NCBI GenBank assembly: GCA_000934665.2 | Contig: KZ538129.1 | Span: forward strand, 1 to 64,000 | DNA from: Catajapyx aquilonaris | Taxonomy: Eukaryota | Length of the DNA: 64,000 nt | Direction: 5' to 3' | Shown here: positions 1 through 13,788 of the stretch, piece after piece | Layout of the letters: every line of letters begins with the position of its first letter | Position numbering within the stretch: position 1 is the stretch's first letter | Made by a program: the position numbers and the translations under genes | The notes under the pieces: generated by a model | Database searches by the model: none | The model's input: the letters and a program-made list of their open reading frames with translations, nothing else | What the model was told of the DNA's origin: nothing

Positions 1-3000
1 TCTTCTTGCAGATATTTTTTAGAGAAAACTTGGACACTTTATTCAGCAATTATCCAGAAAAGAACAGGCTGCATATAGGAAGCATATTGTCTTCTATGAA
101 GACTGTCACAATATATTACTACACGTATTTGCCATATTGTTGTTGATGCTTATATCAGGTGTTTTGGCGTCTGTCAGGCCCTTTGCCATATTGTAACAAT
201 TATAGCTACTGGCACTGAACACTTGTGAATAGCTGTAAATTCACATCAAAGAATCCCTGCTACTGTATACCATGCGTATAACTTGTGAGAATTCCAACTG
301 TTGACTGTGCCAGAATTACCTGACCACGCAGCACTTGGCAAAACAGGTCAGTGTTTTAATTTAGTCATGATGTATTTTCTGGGGCACCAGAATGATCCAC
401 GCATTTCACTATCATTGTTTCTAATACTGAATCTATATGCGTGAGACTGCCCCATGTTTTGAAACTGTAACACTTATTTTCTGTGAAAAAAGTTTACAGA
501 ACAAAGAGTTTATAGTTTTGTGAAGCAAGGCCTAACATCTGGCAGCCCCAACATGCCCGGAAGAAGAATTTTTTGATGGATCGTTGACTCAGGTCACTCA
601 GTCTCATATTGATTGATACCAATTCTGCTGCATTACAGCCATATTATAGTCCCCAACGGAAATGCAAAGTACTACAAGAAACAGAAGGGCCTTAGAACCC
701 CTCTGAGACAGGTAAAATGCACATAATACAACTGGTATAGCCCAGCGGGGGTTCCTACATAATAGGTTCACCTAGATTGGCTGTATAGTGCAGGTGTTGC
801 CTAAGTGCACTTCTATACACTGCCTGTCCGTTTGAGTAGAATTATCACATTAAGTCCATTTTTTTTACCTGTATTTTTCCACAGTCCAAGTCCCCCTTTT
901 GTGGGCGGTGACTTTGGCTCAGTTGGGAACCGGCAGGTGATTGAGGGTTAGGCCAATTTCTGTGGCCAGGTGACAGGAAGAGATGCTCCATCTACAATGG
1001 TGTGAATGTGTTAGAGCTCGCTTGCAGAGACCAAAATGTAGGTGTATTCAACAACTAAATGGTCAGGTTTGTTTCAGCTGCCTGGAAGTTATGACCATTT
1101 TTTACAACTCTAATTTTCAAACGGTGAGTTGTAAAATATATCAGATTTATAAGGTCAGGGTTATATTCTGCCGTCACGGTTATATTCCGTGGGTATCTTA
1201 GCACGTGAGTTATTTTACGGGTTTTCATGTCTTTCCGTTAGGTTTAATTGCGGAGCTTGTGATATTAACTGGCGGCAAGTTGGTCTCCTGATCAATGACA
1301 GAGACACGTTTATGGTTTCATTAGTTAAGGTTGCTTTGTTCCTTGACTAATTGAATTGGTATTTAGTGTACGTTGTGATTACAGACGTCGATTGCGGTTA
1401 CAAAGGCAGGATGTCAAGATTTTTATTGCAGTTGATTTTGCGGTACATGAACTTAGGTTTGTCTGATACTGTAGTACATTAGAGGACTATAAATTTTTTT
1501 TGTATAAAAAAACATAATTTTAACGATGTTCTAATAAAACCAATGTTTCTGAAAACGTCACGTTGTATCACGTGCAGCTGATCTGCTATGTAATTTATAT
1601 CCACTCCCCGGCAGCGATATGGAATGAGCACTTTTCTCATGTGACTGACAAAAGCTCAATATTTTTTCGACATGATGTCCACGGCAAGTCAGTCAGCATG
1701 ACAAGGAATATATCGGGTTCCCACGTCGGAAAATCTCGCTTACATAAACTCTCCCCTTATTGGATCAATCCACACGCTAAATCATATGCTGATGCCAATA
1801 ATTTTTATCTCTTCAACTGGTACTAGGCCTTAGTTGCCATGCACAAATTTTTCTCTTTTGTAGCCATCTTCATATTTCAGTAGGCCTGTAAGGTCCGACA
1901 TTTGAAATGACAAGAAGAGTGGCACAGACTAGATGACAGCAGATTACAAAAATTCCGCAGCACTGGTTTTGTCCCCCCCTCTAAAGTTGGGGTTCCCCAC
2001 ATTCCTTTGTGACATCCCAGAGGCCTCGACGGGGTGTCCAGATTTGCATCTGAATAGCATCAAATTCCATATCTGCAGATTACAAGTGTCCGCCAGCAAC
2101 AATTGCGCAAAGATGACATAAGAGCAGGGCATACCCCTGCTGATATACCGGATTAGACCTTCCCCCCCATCCTTCAGGCTGGGTAAAAATCCCTAGCACT
2201 TTAGGCGCGCATTCATCACCTCCGATGTCCATCCAGCTCGACCTCCTCCATGCATCATCTGCCCCCGTCCCGGACACACGCCATCGCCTCCATGCACCCA
2301 AATTATTACGTCAACACTCCCTGCCCCTACAGACGGACACACGCACTGTTTTTACATATATATATTTTTGTAGAAATTAATACGATTTTTTTTTTAAAAA
2401 AGCAATTGGGAGGAGCCAGGTGGCTATCAATCAAATGGAAGTTGCTGGTAGGCGGAGCTTGTGGGCGGGACCGGACTCTTTGTTAGCACCAATCCGCTGC
2501 ATGCTCGATAGGTGGCTCTGGCTTCGAGTTGTTGCGACGATACCCCACAGATGGGGCGGGTATCGACCTGGTAGCATCTGAGAATAAAATATTCCCTTTC
2601 TGGAATGTGCCTTATTAGTTTCATTATTTAAGAGTTGGACACAGCAAGTGGGAGTGTGTTTACAAAACGATTGCACCATGTTATTTACGAGGGTTTGACT
2701 CATGTACAGGGAGCCCGGGGAGAGATTTATGAATTCTTGCTGAATATTAAAATTGCTGGAAGTTGAATATTTGGGATATCTTGGGATATATGGGATGATC
2801 TGGCCGTCACAAGATAAGGCATTGTAAGCGGATGTTCTAATTGTCGTGGTGTAATTGGGAGGGACGCAAAGACAGGCAGTGGCCACAAAAGGAAAACTAG
2901 GGGGGCCTTTTGGGCTGGGCAGTGGTGGTCGGGTCCTTTTGATTTATGGAGGTTGCTGTCGCAGCCGCGTGGGGGCACGAGTGGCGGGGCTGACCCTGCC

Positions 3001-6000
3001 ACCGGGTGAAATATGGGTAGTTAATTTGTGACCTCTCAGCACTGATCTGCTTTGAATTATTTCCGCTCGGAAGTGGGGCTTCGGGCAACAAAACTCTTGG
3101 GGGGTTTCATATTGCTTCACTTCCTGTCGCCATTTTTCTGCGGTTCGACCAATCTTTTCCGGCAGTAATGTGAGATGGAAGGTTTACGTCGGGGTCGGTA
3201 AATCATAAGGCGATGCCTTATCTGAAGCGACAGAGTTATCCGCCAGATGCCATTTAAAACCATCACACCCTTTGCTTTCGTTTTTGAAGAGCCCTCTTCT
3301 TTTCAAGTCTGATATGGGGGACCAGAGATTATTTGAGGGTGTCCCGACAGCCATTTCATTTACAATCAACGACAATTATAAATGGCTTCACCTGGCTTCT
3401 GGACTCGATCGGGTCAAATGTCGTCAGAGATTAGACAATCTCAGGCCTGTTTCAAATCTGAAGACGGCTGACACCATGATGAATGAGGAGAAAAATGGTT
3501 GGAATTGTAGTCAGATGGCACCACCAAGATTGGTACCAGTTGTGGTACCATCTTTTGCTGTTTCCCACGGATGGTGTCGTAAACAAGACCTTTTGCAAGC
3601 CTCAACTTTAGGGGGAAAAAGGTCAGCTGTGTGGCAAGCAGAGTGACAAGTGCGGGTGTGGCCCTCGGAGGGATAATCTGATGGGGCTGTAGACACTTTC
3701 TAAATCTAGGACTCAAGTAGGGGTGGTCGTAAAAGTGCCAGTGAGGATGTGCGACTCGTCCCTGGTCGCGGTTTGCCCTCTTTTGTCCCGTTTTAATTGT
3801 TTTATGGCGGGATCTGACAGAACATGCTGGGGGCCTGCCATACAACGGGAAGGTGTGGAAAAAGTCGGGCCTTCATGGGGGGAAGTGCGGTGCATTGTTA
3901 TCGACAACAGCTACCTATTGGGGATGAATTGGTCAAGGGTGCTAAACATGGTGTTGTAAAGTGCAAAGTGGTGCAAAACACAAGAGTTGACTGCGGCAAT
4001 CCAAGTCTGCCGAAATCGTGTAAAATATACTGTATACAATGTATCTTCGAACTGTGATGCCTAATCTTGGGTAAATTATTTACTCATTTACATAAAAATT
4101 TATTTGATTACCCTATTAGCTTGAACCGTGTGATACACGGGCCAGTAACAAAGAGTAGCATTTTGTAAACTAAGGGCGATGCATCGTGGTTCATTACACA
4201 CCCATGGCCCTGTTTTTTGGTCCCAAGCCCCCACGAGGTTGTTTCCCTTCCACACCCCGGACCTCGTTCCCAGAAATTTATAGGGCCCCATAAAAGTCGA
4301 CAATACCAGGACAGTTTCTTAAGGAAGGCATCCGTGTAAGGCCTGGTGATTGGCAGGTGTGGAGATGCGATAATCACTGCTGGAAATCGAGACATCTCAT
4401 TAACGCCCCTTCTTGCTGGCTTCTGATGCTGCTCCACTTTTGTCATGTGGGTCGGGTTTCCAACGGATAACCTCTTGACTACCGGGGGACTCCCTGCTAT
4501 TTACTTATATGACTCGGGAAACTTTTATGGAGTCTGCCCTCTGTTAGATGCTATCTAAATTGCCCGCTCGATGTGCATTTTTGGATCGGGTGTTGCCCTT
4601 TCAAAACTTCCTCCGCATCCTGGATATTCAAAACACTCCAAAATATGCAGAAACTGTTCACTAAAGGCTATGCAGTACACCCTGTACATAACATTAATCA
4701 CTTGTTAATAATTTTACATTCAAAACGCATGAAAACATGTGAATGAATATAATTATGCACCTAGTGTGTAAAATTATTCGCAACTGTAAATAATTTTAAT
4801 CACACTGTATGTACACTGAACGTCCAACATATTGAAAAATGCACACATGCATTATACGAACTCACATAAAATAATTCGCCATTCTCGTAAATAATTTTAT
4901 GCACACTAGTCATAATATGACGCAATTCGAGTGCCCATATATTTGGAGCAGGATTAAATATTTAAAAGCGACTTCGACCTAAAAAGTCACAAATTCTGAA
5001 TTTGAAAGCTGGATACACCCCTCAATTTGGTATCTCCCGGAAATATCCCGCAGTTTAATATGCGATATGTCATGGGGTTAACTGACATTCTGGGCTCCTC
5101 CTGCAGATTTGGGGTGATCTCGGCGGATTTTGGGAACTTTTCCGTGCAGCGAATGCATTACACCCTGTCAGGCAGATCTGTATTTTAATGATCGGTGATG
5201 GTAGAGCTCCGGATCGGATAAGGCGAATAGGCCAAGCGAAAAAATCCGCCGATTTGACTGATTACCCCCAATTCCGTATACTTTTGCCCTCCCATTATTT
5301 TTTATTATTTCAGTAGTTCCTATAACCTCTGGAGGGTCTTTGGGAGACTTTGGATGGACCTATTTGCCGGATAAAAATCGCACCATTAGTCCTATCATTC
5401 CCCCTCATTCCCTGAAAGCCCGCGGTTTTCGATCCCTATCGCGGGTCGATTTTCGCAATGCCTCATGTCCCTAAACGGCCCTGATGTCTGCTCGCTTATT
5501 GCTTATTTACTTATTTTTCAATGCGGGGCGTAGATAAAAGTCGTGCGTAATGTGGCGAACACCAAAAAGAGACAGCCATTCCTCATAATTTGGCGGTGCC
5601 GTCGAGACAAGGCCAATGGACCCAGGTAATGATTTCGCATTAGTAGTCATAAAAGGGGAATTTTCGTTCTATCGCGAAAACCCGGGGATATTCATCAGAG
5701 ATTGCAGATTATCGTGGGAACCTTGCAAAAAAATTTTGAAACTGTCCTTTACGAGCTGTCAGCCAAATGTATGGCTTTATGTAGAATATTGCTTTTATGC
5801 AGGCAGTTCTGGGACGAGGCATATCTCCAATGTGGTTATGGTGAGAGGGAAGCCTACAAAAAGCAAAGGGAGATGTCCTTTTCAGATATACAGTGCCCAA
5901 CTTAATATAAGTTGTTGGTAATAAGCCAGGAAAAGAAAGTTGCATTCATGCATAAAATGGATACGAGACGCCTAATTTGAATTTACAATCCGGTGATCAC

Positions 6001-9000
6001 TCTTAGCGTTGCTTCTGGAACTCCACAATAATATTTTCAGCAAAACGACTATTTCACACCGAGACGGTAAATCAACATGTAAATAGACTTCCTACACCTA
6101 CTCTATGCTGAAATATACAGTTTGAAAGTTGTGTAAGTAATAGAAGCATCACATGTTTCTGTGGACAAAATATTTTGGGGCCACATGGGGCCCACCTTGG
6201 AAAAATCACGGGATGAGCCTGAGGCGATATTCCTGCCTGGAAATCATAATCCCACAACCCACCATTTTTCTTCTGGTTCGTCCAAGACAATACAGGAGAG
6301 TGGTTTTCTTCGAGTGTTTGTGCAATGGACACATTTTTTGTGGACGTCTGTGAAGTGTTGATGGCATTGGTGCTTTCAGAGCATTGGATCCCACAAGTTT
6401 TCTTACATTTTCCTAAAAAATTTCTGGGTAGTCCATATGGTGTTGTGAATCATGGGTTCGCTTTGGGTTGGCGCCTACCCGAGTGCTGTCGACCCCATCG
6501 CTGCCAAGTCTCTTGTGAGAAGAGGAGGATTGAATATCGGAAACTAAGTTTTATGGTGTACCGCACTTTTCCCCTTCCTGCTCACCCCACTCGGGTGACG
6601 AATATTGGTGCTTTTGTTGTTGTTATACAAGAGGATCCCTTACAGCGGACCAATTTTGTCAATATCGATTAGGTATCATGTCGGAAACTTAAGACGACAA
6701 AAATGATGGTTTATTTGACTGAATTTTCATTGATTTTTATGCGTTCAACACTCCTTTGCAGTGCTGTCATTACACTTTGAGTTTTGAGTAGTCTTTTTGT
6801 TGTGTGTGAACGTTAGAGGAGATTTCTGTACAATGTGTGTGTTAAATGTGGCATAGCGAGAATGGCCTATAGGTGCTGTACACGAAAATTGTCATGATAC
6901 TGATGAAGTGATGTCTCAATTATATGTTGGATATCTCATGCAGGAAATAGGTGCCGAACTTTATCTATCCTAAGTTAAAAGTCAAGATTCAAATTCAAAT
7001 CATGATGTGTTGACTTTAGGGATGCCCTGTGGTGCTTGTGTATATGTGGTCTAACTCGTACTCTTGAATGCCCGTAATCGCTTAAATGAGGTGATTGAGG
7101 CGAATAAGCTTTTTTATGTTGCAAGATGTGAGTCACGGACATCTAAAGGGCCTTCTTCCATATTTGGAATTTTTGAGAAATGGTGCCAGATGAGGCCCTA
7201 CGCTTTATTTCCACAAACTTCATGAATAACTTAAACCCCACGGATTGTACGACTTATAAACTCTGCAGCATACGCTTCTTCTGAACCTATCAAAATTGTA
7301 ATCATACATCATTCAACCCCAGTATTGATCAAAGATCTTGAGTGTTATATCCAGTTTACGTTTCACGCACAATATATTTCACAACATTAAACTTTCTTTC
7401 CACTCTGCCACGTTTTTAACAGCTCGCTTTACAGGCCTATAGTTGCTTCTAGACTTTGCTTGAGCGTCCATTACTTGTCCTCCGCTCCCTATATACAAAT
7501 TTTCTGATATCCTCATGCCTCAGCAAGTGGAAGAAAAGTGCCGAAGTTTGGGGAGCACTTCTTCCCCCGTCATATTCCACTCCATTGACGAAGGTACTAA
7601 TTTTTGACATAACTGAAAAGAGGGGCGATCCTTAAACGGCGGATGAAGGATCAAGACGAACAGACCTGAGTTATTGTTCAGCTGTGTTTACTAAATCAAA
7701 GATTCTACACTTGAATATTTATCCAGTTCATAACCCATGTCATACAGTATAGGCCGTAGAAATATTGAGTTTCGATGAGTCCCCAAAATTCTCATTACAT
7801 ATATGCACCAAGTTTGTCCCAAACAAAGCACTCTACAGTCTATACACTATAAGTGATGAAACATGACAGTCAAGAAAAAAATATTCTTTTTGTGCAAATA
7901 TGTGAATTTATCCCTTCGTTTATTACTTTAATTTTACTGTTGATTGAGATAGCAACTAATTAAAGTGGCTTTTTAAAATTTCGGCATTGTGTGGCCACGA
8001 TTTTGGTTAGTCTGCTGCATATAGCCCTGCTAATAAGGCGCATCCTTAGGAGTTACAGTTAATCTAAACGCCATGATTATGTAAGGTCTCGCAAGCTTTG
8101 TGTTTTTGAAGGAATAAGCATAAATTGACATGGCAGCGTCATTTCAAGGCTCCAGCCCACATATAATTTAGTAGCAGCACATGTTAAGTCTGCAACTCTA
8201 GTTAGTTCAATTTACTCCGTTATTTAGGCTTATACAACATGGCTCCATTTTCCTGAAGCATATAACCATATATTTTCTGTAGTTATACAGAGTGGCACAC
8301 TGCTGCCTAAGTGACAATGGAGCGGGGTGAAACCTGATAGATTAGTCGCTCCAGTCGCTCATGCGCATTCCCACCTGGTAGATCTCGATGTGTTCGTATG
8401 GCACCGGAGCACCTAAACCATCACGTTTTATCTTACCTCGTTGTTGGAAGTGTTCGGTTGGGCAGTGTACCATCCATGCATATTTGGCCTATGCACCAGG
8501 GAATGTATACAATATATGCTAATGTAAAATGTTTGTTCGAGTTCTATGTTCTTATCTGCTTTCGGAATATTCCATCACATGCAGATGTTCAGTTTTCCCA
8601 GCGTTTTATCATCCAGGAAAATAAAAGACCACAAGGACCAGAGGGCAGGTAGAAATATAAATATTTCACTTGAAAAACTGCACAAAAACAACCAGTTTGC
8701 TACATTCTGTACAGTATAACCTGCTTAGAACCCAGCATGATGCTGCACCAAGCCACCGACCTTTTAATGCTTTTTCCCTGACGAGATATTTAGTGAAAAA
8801 ATAATAAACTTCACCAGCATTTTGCAACCGTAGCGTGTACTTTTATTTCTATGCGTGCTGAAACCCTTTCGCATCGGGCTTGATACTACTTGAAAAAGTG
8901 CAGGTAGTGAAACTTTTCGCTAATGAGCGATACGCCTAATGGCCCATAACGTAATTAACAAAGATAAATTACCATGCTCATCAGTTTTTATTCATTATAT

Positions 9001-10949
9001 GTGAGCAATGTGACGGACATTAGCAGTTATTACACAGTCAGTCTACACCCCCTCGGAGTAGGACAATAAATTATTGGTGATATATTAGCTCCGAATGGAA
9101 GATGTCCACTTGGCATGACCACATAAGGTTGGCAATGCACCATGTATGTGTGGACTTAAAATGTGTCAGTGATAACCACCATTCGGCTTTAAAAAATAAA
9201 TAATGATAATAAAAATGTAAATTGACACTGTTACCTGATATAAAATTTTATTTAATTAATACAGTAAATGTAAAATATGCAGATACAAATTGGGGGATTA
9301 ATATATATTTTAAACAAATTTAATACGAATATAAAATATTTAATGCATAAAACATTTACTACATGAAAAATGCAATGAATAAAATTTACCAGATAAAAAA
9401 GTTTTGCCGGAAATTGTGTAAGAGCATAAGCATCCATGTGTGGGGAGTCCCCCATCTGAAAAGGGGGAGACAAAAGGTCCTTTCATGCCGCCTCCTTGCA
9501 TCGGGCCAACATTGAAGCTTTCAAAACGTCAGCAGAAGATTAATGAAACTAACTGGAGGCAGGCAGGCAAAGGGAGGAGACGAATATCGCCTCAATAGTG
9601 CGGTCTGTTATCTGCGGCCAGGCCGCTTTTTGACGCTGCCAGGAAGAAGGGACCAAAAACTCAAAAAATCCTCGGAAAAAAGAAATATCCGTCTGGTGCA
9701 TTTGGGTCTCGGCCTTCACATGATTTGAGCATAGTTTGTCCTGAGGCACGGTGTTGCCACTTGTGTTTTTTTTTTTTTTTTTTTTTGCAAAAGTATTGCA
9801 CTTGACGGCGGTCTTTTGTTGGGAGAGGGGAAGTTCCTCTATATACACCTGGTTGTGGTGCAGGTGCTTTTGTCTGGAAGTGGCCGTGGGGGTTTTTCAA
9901 GGTGCGGTTTACTTCGGAAGTGCGGCGTGTCACTATTTGGCTGGTTGTGTTTTCGGTGGAATATATTGCACTGTAAAATAGTAAGAGAATCCTTACGTTC
10001 AACAAGCGTATATAAGTTGGGTTTTGGTTAGGCATATTTTGCTCACTGTTCATGGGAGGGTGTCAGACTATTTCGTAACATCAGATGCTTCGAATAATTT
10101 TACATATATTATATATTATTGTCTATTATGCATAAATATATGAGCACTCCACAGATGAATAATAGACTTTATGATACATGGTATTTTGTTGGATCAAACT
10201 GGAAAACAATTCGGGAATAAAGGGGTGTCATTAAAATTTCAAATGTGTAGTCAACTTTCGAACACAAACTGTTACGTTTCTTAATTAATAAGGCTCCTCA
10301 TATTCCGTGGTCATTATTTGAGCATTGATTTTCAGTCACAATGGAATTCATGTATTTATTCAGTGTGAGACTAATAACAAAAACATGGCTCATAAATATC
10401 CTTCAGTGAGACGGAAGGTCACGAAAAAAAAATCATAATTTTTTCCACTCATTATATTAGCCGTGAATGAGGTAATACCTGTTTATGTAAGAAGCCATTC
10501 ACATCACCATATTAGCATTGTTGGCTTCCAAATGAACAGACATGTCCACTCATCCATACACCATAAAAAAGCCTTTATCCTGAGAGATTACGAGAACCGC
10601 AATATGTGGACAACAATGGAAATCCCACATTTATTCATATTTTGCACCCAACCGCACCATCCAACTTGAATATTAAAGCCAAATCCTCTCAACTCGCCAC
10701 TCCGCAACAATACCTACAACAGAGCAAGTGCATAGTCCGACAGGTAGCCGGCATCCCCCCTCCACTCTACATTCAGTACATTGTAAGGGGGGGATGGGGG
10801 GTAGTAGTGCTACAATAGTGCATATGTGTGTGTGTAACATGTGGGCGTTCCCATAGCAGATCTTCCCCCCGTCTGCACCGGTGTGTTCCCTCCACCCTAT
10901 CGGACGTAGCGAAAGGGGTTGTCCCTACCAAGCGACCGGAGTCGGATCT

Positions 10950-11397
10950 GCGCAGAACCAACCGAGGTCATCTGCGCACTCCCCATCTTCCCCCCAACCC
11001 CTCTCTCTACTCCCTAGGATTGTGGCGCCGGAGCCTTTCCCCCTCTGGCCCACCGCTGATTGACAGTTGGCATTGGGCGAGCCTGGCGTGTAGCTGGTGT
11101 GGAGGAGCTAGCCCTAGTCCTCCACTCGGGCTCCCCCCTCCTCCTTCCCCCTCCCCCCCTTGTACACCTATCTATCTCTTCCTTTACACACTTCTAACAC
11201 ACACATAGTGAGTGCGTAACATTCTTTTCCGGTGGATTATTCTTGTCCTGTTCTATCTTGTCCCCCCCTCTTGAAGTGTGTGTGATTATCCGCGAAGTGT
11301 TGTGGTTCTTCTTCCCCACGAGGTGTGTGGTGAAAACAGTGCAGTGGATCTCAAAGTGGCACACGCGGGAGAGTACGGGTACGCTGGGAAAGCGTAC
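10950..11397 (+). promoter_or_regulatory. Putative hth proximal promoter / 5' UTR
   Basis: Pyrimidine/C-rich tracts, a TGATTGACAG decamer at 11057, and its position directly upstream of the start codon. The TSS cannot be placed from sequence alone. Confidence 0.5.
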
Positions 11398-11412
11398 ATG
11401 GCTCAACCACGG
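11398..11412 (+). CDS. hth: hth coding exon 1 (MAQPR)
   Basis: ATG GCT CAA CCA CGG followed by donor GTAAGC at 11413. MAQPR is the typical arthropod Hth N-terminus. Confidence 0.93.
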
Positions 11413-11480
11413 GTAAGCATGTTGTTTCGAAAAAAAGAGGGTTGAATGATGACCCTGTTGTACCCCCCCGGTGTTGGCAG

Positions 11481-11704
11481 TACGATGACGGCCTCCCGCA
11501 CTACGGCAGTATGGAGGTGCCCACGTCCATGTATGACCCCCATGGGGCACATAGGCCGCTACAACCACTGCCGCATCACTCCCCACACATGAACCATGGA
11601 CACAGCATGCACCAGTACCACACCAACCATGTCACACCGGTGTCCAACCATGTCATGGGCGGTGCACCAGACGTACACAAGCGGGACAAGGATGCCATTT
11701 ACGG
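11481..11704 (+). CDS. hth: hth coding exon 2 (YDDGLPHYG...KRDKDAIYG, His-rich N-terminal region and start of HM domain)
   Basis: Acceptor ggcag ends at 11480 and donor GG|GTAAGA starts at 11705 (phase 2). Encodes the conserved KRDKDAIY motif. Confidence 0.96.
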
Positions 11705-13545
11705 GTAAGAAACAAATCGGGGTAATGAAATACAAGCGGGCTAACAAATTATTCAGTGCCCTGATAGGCCTAATGACCGAGGGACTGTGCAAACACCTAG
11801 GGTTTGAATCGATACAAAGGCCCCCAAAAAATGATAGGCCGACCGGCTGAACCAGGCCGGACCCCCAAAAAATTCTACACTTGTTGCAGGCCTACAAAAA
11901 TTGATAGGCGCAAATCTTATCGGAGTACAAGTGTTACGAGGTGTTGATTGCCGTTGTTAACTAGCTCGGGGAGGGTAAGATATCGTACTATTTGCAGTTC
12001 CTGCCTTTTTTTTTTATTATAGTTGCATAAGTTGGGTCGATTTTCAGAGTCACCGGGGCGACCGGCAGATTTGGTTGTTTTCAGATGGATTACCCCGGGA
12101 TTTTATAGCCGAGGAAAAAAGTTTAGAGGTTAGGGAGGGGAGGATGGGGGGGAAGAAAAAGTTGACATTAGTAATAATGCAACCCTACCTCCGTGCCTAA
12201 TGAGCAATTACTCCCGAACCGAGAGTTCCTTTGAGAAGTGGCGAGGGCCTCTTTTGTGTCTTGACAATTGTAAAACTAATGCTATTATTCTGGAGGATTT
12301 GCCTGGCACGTTTTCTTAATTGCTGTTTGATCACCATGGTTGCTATAGGGGGTTGGTTTTTTAAAAAAATGTACCTACAAGATAAGTGCAGTTTGTTTCG
12401 GCTGTACAATAGCGTGATTGCATGTCGATTTTGGTTGTCATTTAATCACAGAATTTTTCATTAAATGTTTAAACCGTAAGTAGTCCCCTAGTGTATTATT
12501 TTAGGGGAAGGGGGAGGCTGGGGTTTAAGTGTCGTTGGGATTGCTTAGTAAACGTTATGTCTGCAATTGAAGGTAGCAATTGGTTAAGTGGATGGTAATT
12601 TTGAAATAATAAGCTAAAACTGCAACCTGACTGCGTGAAGCCTGTATTAATAAGAAAAAGGGTTTTTTAGAAGGTAATAATTTAAGTGTTTATTCAGTAT
12701 GAACCGCAATGATGTTATGTAAATTGCAGTGCTGGTTTTTTGAAAAGGTAGCGTAAACATGCGGGGCATTTTGTACCTTTTATTCGTGCCGTATTTCATA
12801 GGCCTACTATTCTTATCATTAGAAATTTTTACATGAAATGCGAACGGTAATTTTGAGGCTGCTAGTAGTTATTTTTTGGGGGATGTTTATTGTTAGCCGA
12901 GGCATAGCATGAGCATATTATATTCAAGTAGAGTTTGCACGCTTTGTGTATTTTATGAATTTTGCATTTATAATGCCAGGGTGCATTTGTTCGTTTTAAT
13001 CGTGGTAATGCCTGGCTTGTGACAGGCGATTACGGTTGCTCTTTGAGATTAGATTTAGTGCCTGTTACTTTTTACAGTTTATTGGAAATTTCTGTGATGC
13101 TTAGCGTATGGTGGTGTGCCGATAAACGGGCGACTGCCGGGCGATTGTTATTCACTGTTGTGTCATCTCAGTTATTTCAAAGTTGTAGGATGGTTATCAA
13201 TTAGAAAGTAGAGTACATGGATGATTCAATGGGCGTATAAATTTGTAATTAACGAGCTGATATTTCCAGGCTATACTGACCCAAATTTTGACCTGGCACT
13301 ATTTTGAACTTGTTGTGTTGGAGTTTTCATAATGTTGTCTGTTTCAAACTATGTGTTAATTGCAATGCATTTTATGTGGTTGCCAGACTAAATGGCAACA
13401 TATGGAGTTTACACCCTGGTAAGTGCTGATATCTCCCGAGTGCAACATGGTTCCCAGATGCGGCAAACACGTTTCCTGGCCCCGGCACATACTGTCCTCA
13501 TAAAATGTTGGAAAATCAGTACCATCTGGGAACCCCGCACTCTGA

Positions 13546-13788
<243 letters not shown>

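Noticed and set aside
11442..11480. ORF-track N-terminus [13 protein letters not shown] upstream of exon 2
   Set aside because: It starts at a TTG inside the 68-nt intron 1. The real start is the ATG at 11398 (MAQPR).
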